A stretch of 64,000 nt of DNA from contig CALFZO010000139.1 in the NCBI GenBank assembly GCA_937952305.1, positions 36,355-100,354 of the forward strand. The letters are read 5' to 3'. Below, one piece after another: positions 59,001 to 64,000 of this stretch (the stretch's first letter is position 1; every line of letters starts with the position of its first letter). The position numbers and the translations under genes are program-made. This DNA comes from an uncultured Anaerolineales bacterium. Lineage in GTDB: Bacteria > Chloroflexota > Anaerolineae > Anaerolineales > UBA6663. The notes beneath the pieces were generated by a model. The model was not told the DNA's origin. It did not search any database and saw only the letters and a list, made by a program, of their open reading frames with translations.

Positions 59001-59094
59001 CCGGCGCGTCCCGGAAACGCAGAGAGGCCGCTCCCAGACCGATCAGGACGACGGCCGCGAGCAAAGGCGGAACACTGTAGGCGGAAAGCTGCAT
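56056..59094 (-). CDS. Membrane-bound sensor diguanylate cyclase (7TM - PAS x2 - GAF x2 - GGDEF)
   Basis: HisKA_7TM-like N-terminus with about 7 TM segments, PAS-like and GAF-like repeats, and a C-terminal GGDEF domain with RYGGEEI. An R-x-x-D I-site (RRSD) lies 5 residues upstream of it. Confidence 0.8.
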   Translation of the reverse strand: MQLSAYSVPPLLAAVVLIGLGAASLRFRDAPAAPAFRALVFLAALWALAYALDTNSPTLADKLLWLKVRYLPIAALPVAGLALAVRFAQPAQPLTWRLMVPFSLVPILTAGLAWTTDAHNLFRYNFRLEEAGSLLVLRSDFGLWFWVSALYGYALALVGLVVMTRAYGAARPLYRRQVALIVASVAVPVLADSLFLAGITPLPGYNLAPASFSLTGLLLWLALFRYGVLEVRPLARDAVLASLADPVLVLDPRERLVDYNPAAAAILGLKAEAVIGRPAAEALPGYPWGLAPDPASAEVEAELPVDVAGQRRVYAVAATPVRHADGAQAGRLLRLRDVTERARMEAQLRENEARFRLMVDALPLPLVLTRLSDNTLLYLNPPAGELFGVAPADAVGRAAPSLYVRPEERAAFVALVQRDGGRRDWETEMQREDGSRFWVLLSATLTTYQGELVMLTGLNDITERRRIEQAERDQRQLAEALRDTAAALAATRNFEEVLEHLLANVGRVVPHEAVNVALVDEHGVAQVVRARGYAPEVTAAILGLRMPLAEAPFLRRMVESGQPMTVPDTWTEPGWIDYPGTRWVRSYVGMPIRSKGRVVGFLNLDSATPGFFAPAHVDALRAFADQAATAIENARLYDEVHRRADQLAVLNRISLAVTSGLELQHVLRALYEECRQLLPLDAFYIGVYDADSGLVEHLLFFDRGEFLPSHPRDIRERPGLSGEVILSRTTLYIPDTLAPENARAHPSVRSRGELTRSYVGAPLLVGDQVVGVISVQSYQPDAYTPDQIRLLETIAPQAALALENARLYEAARKELTERRQAEASLRQANERLQVQLATIEALQASLREQAIRDPLTGLFNRRYLQEALEQELARAARENHPVCLVMIDIDRFKRLNDEHGHAAGDGVLQALARLLETHTRRSDIVCRYGGEEILVVLPGLTADGAQRRAEEWRERFAGLSFESGGRRLAATFSAGLAAFPEHGRASEAVMAAADRALYLAKASGRNRVVVQA

Positions 59095-59107
59095 CTTGCC
59101 GTAAAGG

Positions 59108-59665
59108 TTAGCGCCGCAGCAGGCGAAAGTACAGGCCCAATTGGAGCGCGCCGAAAGCTGTGGCGGCCACGGCCGCGCCCCACCCTGGGACGCCGGCCAG
59201 ATAGGCGGCGGCGCCCACGGCCAGGCTGTCGATCAGGGCCACCAGGACGGTGAGGTCAAACGTGATGGTGCCGAGCTTGCCCGGCGGCGGCAGCGTCTCG
59301 GTGCGCCAGCGGAAGGCCGGCGCCATCTCGGGGTAGTGGACCAGGTAGAAGTCTTTGATGCGGTTCATGGCCAAGACGCTGTCGTGCCAGGCTTGGCGCA
59401 GCCGGATCAGCTTGAGCACGTTGAAGACGCCGAGCACGCCGACGACGCCCAACAGGGCGGCCAGCCAGCGGATGTCCAGGGCCAGGCTGGGCAGGCCGAG
59501 CGCCAGCGAGCCCAACCCGCCGACCAGGATCACGTACAGGTTGACGACCTGCGTGCGGTCGTTGTTGGCCTGCAGGGCGGTCTCGCGCGCATACTCGAAC
59601 TCCTGCTGCAGGATCTCGTCCGGATCCAGTAGTTCCTTGACGGCCGAAGACGGGGTCAGCGACAT
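59108..59665 (-). CDS. Four-TM membrane protein of unknown function
   Basis: 185 aa. It has an N-terminal amphipathic helix, two TM pairs separated by a basic helix (RLRQAWHDSVLAMNRIKDFY), and no family that I recognise. Confidence 0.5.
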   Translation of the reverse strand: MSLTPSSAVKELLDPDEILQQEFEYARETALQANNDRTQVVNLYVILVGGLGSLALGLPSLALDIRWLAALLGVVGVLGVFNVLKLIRLRQAWHDSVLAMNRIKDFYLVHYPEMAPAFRWRTETLPPPGKLGTITFDLTVLVALIDSLAVGAAAYLAGVPGWGAAVAATAFGALQLGLYFRLLRR

Positions 59666-59769
59666 CGATTCTCTCCAGCATCGGCGCCGGCCCGGCGGCG
59701 GACGCCGAGGTTAGCAATGAAAAACGCCGGAGCGGCAGTGCGCTCCGGCGTGGGCTCTCACTCGGCCGG

Positions 59770-60717
59770 TCAGGCCTCGGCTAAGATCTGCGTCAGGGCC
59801 GCGTTCAGGCTGTTCTTCTCCTGATCGCTCAAGTTGGGCAGGCCGGCCAGGGCGGGACCGGCATAGCGATCCACCGGCCGGGCCGTCAGGCTGGCCATCA
59901 GGCCCGCGCGCTGCAACAGCACACCGCCCTGGTTGCCGAAGGCGCGCACGAAAGCGTTGAGCACCTGGATGTTCGTGGCGCGGGCCACATCCGCGGGCGG
60001 CAGGCTGGGCGTGCGGCCGTTGGTGCTGGGCGACGTCGAAGCCGGCGCCCCGGCCCAGGTGGTCAGGGTGTCCTCCGGGGCCTGGAAGACGTTCAGGTCG
60101 GTGTTGGCGGGCCGGCCGTTGGTGACCACGCCGTCCACGCGCCCGCGCTCGCTGTACTGCCAGAAGGTCCAGCTCGTCCAGCTCTTGGGCATGGCCGGCT
60201 TGAACTTGGCCTGCTCGATATCGGCCACCGACGGGAAGCCATCGCGGACCGGGTAGGCCGCCACCCACAGCGGATACTCCGGCGCCCAGTCTGGATACTT
60301 GCCGCCCACGATCATGCCCGAATTCCAGAACCAGGCGGCGGTGTAAATGATCGGCCGGCGGCCGAGGGCCGGCTCCACCTGATCCAGCCAGATTTTGGCG
60401 TACTTGGCGTAGGTGACGGGGCTGGCGTTCTTGGCCTCGATATCCAGCACCGGCGGCAGTTCGCCGGGGTCCTCGCTCAGCACTTTCAAGTAGGCGTTCG
60501 CCTGCTTCTGGCCGTCCATGTCCGGGACCAGGAAATGGTAGGCGCCGCGCAGCAGGCCGGCGCTGCGCGCCCCGGCCCAGTGTTTGCTGAAGAGCGGATC
60601 GCCGAAGTTGGACTGCGTGGCCTTGATAAACACGAAGGACACGCCGGCCGCCCGCACGCGCCCCCAATCCACGTTGGGCTGCCAGCGGGAAACGTCTATG
60701 CCTTGTGCAAGCGCCAT
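59770..60717 (-). CDS. GH25-family muramidase (lysozyme) with C-terminal extension
   Basis: GIDVSRWQPNVDWGRVRAAGVSFVFIKATQ...LLRGAYHF is a classical GH25 N-terminal block. There is no signal peptide. Confidence 0.8.
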   Translation of the reverse strand: MALAQGIDVSRWQPNVDWGRVRAAGVSFVFIKATQSNFGDPLFSKHWAGARSAGLLRGAYHFLVPDMDGQKQANAYLKVLSEDPGELPPVLDIEAKNASPVTYAKYAKIWLDQVEPALGRRPIIYTAAWFWNSGMIVGGKYPDWAPEYPLWVAAYPVRDGFPSVADIEQAKFKPAMPKSWTSWTFWQYSERGRVDGVVTNGRPANTDLNVFQAPEDTLTTWAGAPASTSPSTNGRTPSLPPADVARATNIQVLNAFVRAFGNQGGVLLQRAGLMASLTARPVDRYAGPALAGLPNLSDQEKNSLNAALTQILAEA

Positions 60718-60762
60718 CGTCAGCCTCCAGGGAATAAGTCCAAAAAGGGTACACCAATCCGC

Positions 60763-61587
60763 TCAGGGCGCAACCGGCCCGGCCCCGAGCGCGGCCTCCA
60801 GCAGCGGCTGCCGGTCGGCGGGGCCGGCGGCGCCGGGCGTCCAGGCCAGCCAGGCCAAGAATTCGGCGTTGCCCTTCGGGCCGAGCAGCGGCGAGCGGCG
60901 CAGGCCGCGCACGGTCAGGCCGTGCGCCACGGCGAAGGCCAGCACGTCTTCGAGCACGCGCCGGTGCACGGCCGGGTCGCGCACCACGCCGCCGCCGCGG
61001 CTGACGATCTGGCGCCCGGCCTCGAACTGCGGCTTGATCAGGGCCACCACGTTGGGCGGCGCGGGCGCGGCGCGCTGGGTGTCGCCAGACAGCCAGCCGG
61101 TCACCACCGGCAGCAGCAGCTTGAGCGAAATAAACGAGGCGTCGATGGACACAAACGACACCGCCTCCGGCAGCTGCTCCAGATACCGGGCGTTGGTGTC
61201 CTCGCGGACCACCACGCGCGGATCGGTCCGCAGGCGTTGGTCCAGCAGGCCGTGGCCCACGTCGATGGCATACACGCGCGCCGCGCCGTGCTGCACCAGG
61301 CAATCCGTGAAGCCGCCGGTGGAGGCGCCCACATCCGCGCACACCTGGCCGGCCACGTCGATCTGGAAGCCGGCCAGGGCCGCCTCCAGCTTCTCACCGC
61401 CGCGGCTGACGAAGCGCGGCCGGGTCTTGAGCGTCAACACGGCCCCGTCGGTCACCAGCCGGGCGGGCCGGTCCACCATCTGCCCGTCCACCAGCACCTC
61501 GCCGGCCATGATCAGGCGCTGGGCCTGTTCGCGGCTGGGCGTCAGGCCGTGGGCCACCACGGCCAGGTCGAGGCGGGTTTTGGGCAC
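60763..61587 (-). CDS. tlyA: TlyA-family rRNA 2'-O-methyltransferase
   Basis: S4 domain (RLDLAVVAHGLTPSREQAQRLIMAGEVLVDG) plus an FtsJ-like domain with DVGASTGGFTDCL. Confidence 0.85.
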   Translation of the reverse strand: MPKTRLDLAVVAHGLTPSREQAQRLIMAGEVLVDGQMVDRPARLVTDGAVLTLKTRPRFVSRGGEKLEAALAGFQIDVAGQVCADVGASTGGFTDCLVQHGAARVYAIDVGHGLLDQRLRTDPRVVVREDTNARYLEQLPEAVSFVSIDASFISLKLLLPVVTGWLSGDTQRAAPAPPNVVALIKPQFEAGRQIVSRGGGVVRDPAVHRRVLEDVLAFAVAHGLTVRGLRRSPLLGPKGNAEFLAWLAWTPGAAGPADRQPLLEAALGAGPVAP

Positions 61588-61605
61588 AGGCGGCGTCCGG
61601 CGCGC

Positions 61606-62439
61606 TCAGGCTTTTTCTTCTTTGGCCTTCTGCGCGATCAGGCGCACGGCCTCCACCACGCCCAGCGCCGGGTTGGTGAGCGTGGCCACCGTCACCTTGG
61701 CGATGTCCTCGGACATGCCGGCGATGAACTTGAGCCAGCGCTCGACCTTGTCCGGCTTGGCCTGGTCACCCTTCTTGACCTCGGCCTCGATCTTCTGGAC
61801 GGTATCCTTCAGCTCTTTCTTCTCGTCGTCATCCTTGCCCGGCAGCGCGTCCACCTGCTGCTGGACCTTGCCCATCTCGCGGCTGAAGGCTTCGGCGTTG
61901 AACGTCACCGACGTCGTGGTCGTCGTGGTGACGGTAGAGGTGTTCGTGATCGTGGTCTTGTCGCCGGCCACCTGGTCGCCGCCGGCGCTCACCGAAACCG
62001 GCCCCTGGGCGTTGTTGGCATTGACCGTGAAGCTGCTGCTGCGCGGCTGGGCTTTCTCGTCCGACATTTCCTGCTCCTTGCGTGAAAGGGTGTCCTGGAT
62101 GCGCTGCTGGACCAGACGGTCGAGGCGCTGGCCGACGTCGGCCGAGGCGGCCGTGAGCGACTGGCCCCCGGCCAGGTCGCCGGCCACGACCTCATCCGCG
62201 GCGGAGGCGTCCGGCGTCTCCAGGCCCTTGGCTTTGAGTTTGGCGCGCACTTTGGCCTGGATGGCGGCCTTGAGGTCGGCCTCCGCAGGGTTCGCGGCCT
62301 CGCCGCCGCTGACTATCTTGTCGCCGCCGACCATGTCCCCGCCGGCGCTGACGGTTCCACTCTGGATGGTGACGCCGCTCGAACTGGGTGTTGGCGGCGG
62401 CGCGGACGGCTCCTCTTGGGGCTTCTTGTCTTCAGCCAT
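61606..62439 (-). CDS. Repeat-containing hypothetical protein (GGDxVxGDK motifs, poly-Thr tract, Lys/Glu-rich C-terminal helices)
   Basis: The start at 62439 has an AGGAGG RBS. SAGGDMVGGDKIV and SAGGDQVAGDKTT are two copies of one motif. A TVTTTTTTS tract is present. The ORF-track start at 62664 would run through the divergent UbiA gene. Confidence 0.55.
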   Translation of the reverse strand: MAEDKKPQEEPSAPPPTPSSSGVTIQSGTVSAGGDMVGGDKIVSGGEAANPAEADLKAAIQAKVRAKLKAKGLETPDASAADEVVAGDLAGGQSLTAASADVGQRLDRLVQQRIQDTLSRKEQEMSDEKAQPRSSSFTVNANNAQGPVSVSAGGDQVAGDKTTITNTSTVTTTTTTSVTFNAEAFSREMGKVQQQVDALPGKDDDEKKELKDTVQKIEAEVKKGDQAKPDKVERWLKFIAGMSEDIAKVTVATLTNPALGVVEAVRLIAQKAKEEKA

Positions 62440-62479
62440 ACTGGGCCTCCTGAGATTGGGCCGGCGCCCGGCTCGATTT

Positions 62480-62507
62480 ATTCTAACATCGCCACTCCGG
62501 ATTCCAA
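62480..62507 (-). promoter_or_regulatory. Sigma-70-like promoter candidate for the repeat-protein gene
   Basis: The minus strand reads TTGGAA (62507-62502), a 16-nt spacer, then TAGAAT (62485-62480), about 40 nt upstream of ATG 62439. Confidence 0.45.
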
Positions 62508-62535
62508 ACCGGCGCCGGTCGGAAGGCGGTTGTTC

Positions 62536-62541
62536 TATAAT
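62536..62541 (+). promoter_or_regulatory. Perfect TATAAT box 7 nt upstream of the UbiA start codon (leaderless-mRNA candidate)
   Basis: TATAAT lies at 62536-62541 and the ATG at 62549. There is no Shine-Dalgarno sequence between them. Confidence 0.4.
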
Positions 62542-62548
62542 TCCGGCC

Positions 62549-63424
62549 ATGCTCATGGCCCTGCTCAAAACCATGCGGCCGCGCCAGTGGACGAAGAACA
62601 TCTTCGTTTTCGCGGCCCTGATCTTCGACCACAAGCTCCTATCCGGCGACCTGCTGCTGCGCACCCTGGCCGGGTTCGGGCTGCTCTGCCTGCTCTCCAG
62701 CCTGGTCTATCTGGTGAATGACCTGGCCGATATCGAGAAGGACCGCCTGCACCCCAAGAAGCGCCACCGCCCGCTGGCGTCCGGCCGGCTCTCGCCGCGT
62801 GTCGCCGTGGCGGCCGCCCTGGTCCTGCTGGCCGGCGCGGCCCCGCTGGCCTTCGCGCTGAATCCCGGCTTCGGCATCATCGCCCTGGTCTACCTGGCCG
62901 CCAACCTGCTGTACTCGTTCTGGCTCAAGCACGTGGTGCTCATCGACGTGATGGTGGTAGCGCTCGGCTACGTGCTGCGCGTGGTGGCCGGCGCGCTGCT
63001 GGTGGCCTCGGCCATCTCGCCTTGGCTGTACATCTGCATGACGCTGCTGGCGCTCTTCATCGGCTTCGGCAAGCGGCGCGGCGAGCTGCTGCTGATGCAA
63101 GCCGAGAACGGCAGCTCGCGCAAGGTCCTGGAAGACTACAGCCTGCCGTTCCTGGACGAGCTGATCAACCTGGTGGCCACGGCCACGATCGTGGCCTACT
63201 CACTGTACACGTTCTCGGCCGAGAACCTGCCGCAGAACCATTCCATGATGCTGACCATCCCGTTCGTGCTGTACGGGGTCTTCCGCTACCTGTACCTGAT
63301 CCACATCCGCGGCGAGGGCGGCGCGCCGGATGAACTGGTGCTGGTGGACCGGCCCTTGCAGGTGACGTTCGCGCTGTGGGGGCTGGCGGCCGTGCTGATC
63401 CTGTACCTCAACCCGCCGGCATGA
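62549..63424 (+). CDS. UbiA-family prenyltransferase, decaprenyl-phosphate phosphoribosyltransferase (DPPR synthase)-like
   Basis: LLKTMRPRQWTKNIFVFAALIF and NDLADIEKDRLHPKKRHRPLASG closely resemble the DPPR-synthase subfamily. It is the last 291 codons of a spurious 946-codon ORF. Confidence 0.65.
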   Translation: MLMALLKTMRPRQWTKNIFVFAALIFDHKLLSGDLLLRTLAGFGLLCLLSSLVYLVNDLADIEKDRLHPKKRHRPLASGRLSPRVAVAAALVLLAGAAPLAFALNPGFGIIALVYLAANLLYSFWLKHVVLIDVMVVALGYVLRVVAGALLVASAISPWLYICMTLLALFIGFGKRRGELLLMQAENGSSRKVLEDYSLPFLDELINLVATATIVAYSLYTFSAENLPQNHSMMLTIPFVLYGVFRYLYLIHIRGEGGAPDELVLVDRPLQVTFALWGLAAVLILYLNPPA

Positions 63425-64000
63425 CGCCCGCCCGCGCCTCCGCCCCCGGCAAGGTCATCCTGTTCGGCGAGCACGCCGTCGTCTACGGCCAGCCCGCCCT
63501 GGCCGTGCCGGTGGCGCGCGTCCAGGCGACGGCCACGGTGACGCCGCAGACGGACGGCGCGGCCGAGATCTGGATCGACGCCCAGGACCTTGGCCGGCGC
63601 TACCGGCTGGCGGAGGCCGCCGCCCAGGACCCGCTGGCCGTGGCCGTGCGCCTGGGGCTGGAGCGCTTCGGCGCCGCGCCGGCGGGCTTCACGCTGACAC
63701 TCCAATCCACCATCCCGATCGCGTCCGGCCTGGGCTCCGGCGCCGCCGTGAGCACGGCCATCGTCCGCGCGCTGGCGGCCGCCCTGGGGCAGACGCCAGA
63801 CGCCGCCGCCGTGTCCGGCCTGGTGTATGAGACCGAGAAGCTCCTGCACGGCACGCCGTCCGGGGTCGACAACACCGTCATCGCCTACGGCCAGCCCGTG
63901 TTCTTCGTGCGCGGCCAGCCGCCGGAGCCGTTCCGCGTGGCCGCGCCGTTCCAGCTCCTGATCGCGGATACCGGCCTGGCCAGCCCAACCAAGATCACGG
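63421..64000 (+). CDS. mvk: Mevalonate kinase (5' part, runs off the window)
   Basis: SAPGKVILFGEHAVVYGQPALAVPV and the GHMP motif IPIASGLGSGAAVS. The ATG overlaps the UbiA stop (ATGA). Confidence 0.8.
   Translation, partial: MTPARASAPGKVILFGEHAVVYGQPALAVPVARVQATATVTPQTDGAAEIWIDAQDLGRRYRLAEAAAQDPLAVAVRLGLERFGAAPAGFTLTLQSTIPIASGLGSGAAVSTAIVRALAAALGQTPDAAAVSGLVYETEKLLHGTPSGVDNTVIAYGQPVFFVRGQPPEPFRVAAPFQLLIADTGLASPTKIT

Noticed and set aside
60584-62548. The first 655 codons of the 946-codon plus-strand ORF 60584-63424.
   Set aside because: This part overlaps three well-supported minus-strand genes (GH25, tlyA, repeat protein) and has no protein-like sequence. Only the last 291 codons, from ATG 62549, form a recognisable UbiA protein.

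Overview
High-GC (roughly 68-70 %) bacterial chromosomal segment. The gene content (two Chlor_Arch_YYY/DUF2298 membrane giants, DUF512, a mevalonate-pathway gene, a glmS ribozyme-like leader) points to a Chloroflexota-like organism, but that is inference only. I support about 50 protein genes, all but six on the minus strand and many joined by ATGA/GTGA start-stop overlaps. I found no rRNA, tRNA, CRISPR array, IS element or prophage. The window has four blocks. (i) 1.6-27.5 kb is a LacI-headed run of 22 co-directional genes. It mixes an Opp/Dpp-type ABC importer, uronate genes (uxaC, uxaE, SDR-type uxuB), a LarA-like Ni-pincer epimerase, a gntK::gnd fusion, nagA/nagB and an SGNH esterase. The same run also carries a complete corrinoid methyl-transfer toolkit: one B12-binding protein, five URO-D/MtaA-like paralogs and a divergently transcribed methyl-H4folate-type methyltransferase. 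I consider this the most interesting candidate for an undescribed system, namely a cobalamin-dependent methylated-sugar demethylase. It sits beside a predicted uronate-to-pentose-phosphate route that uses mannonate/gluconate 2-epimerisation. (ii) 27.6-36.9 kb holds glmS with a ribozyme-like leader, an MFS transporter, DUF512, a GNAT, a desaturase/PlsC lipid module and cmk. (iii) 36.9-54.1 kb is a co-directional envelope-glycosylation cluster. It has four GT-C-like polytopic proteins (602, 884, 1782 and 777 aa; two carry the YYYxG motif), an embedded signal-less M14 carboxypeptidase, a SAM methyltransferase, a GT4 and a flippase-like protein. (iv) 54-64 kb holds lepA, a 7TM-PAS-GAF-GGDEF cyclase, a GH25 muramidase, tlyA, a repeat protein, a DPPR-synthase-like UbiA and mvk. 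Every functional call comes from motif and family recognition by eye and from memory; no searches were run. Coordinates of non-coding features may be off by 1-2 nt.
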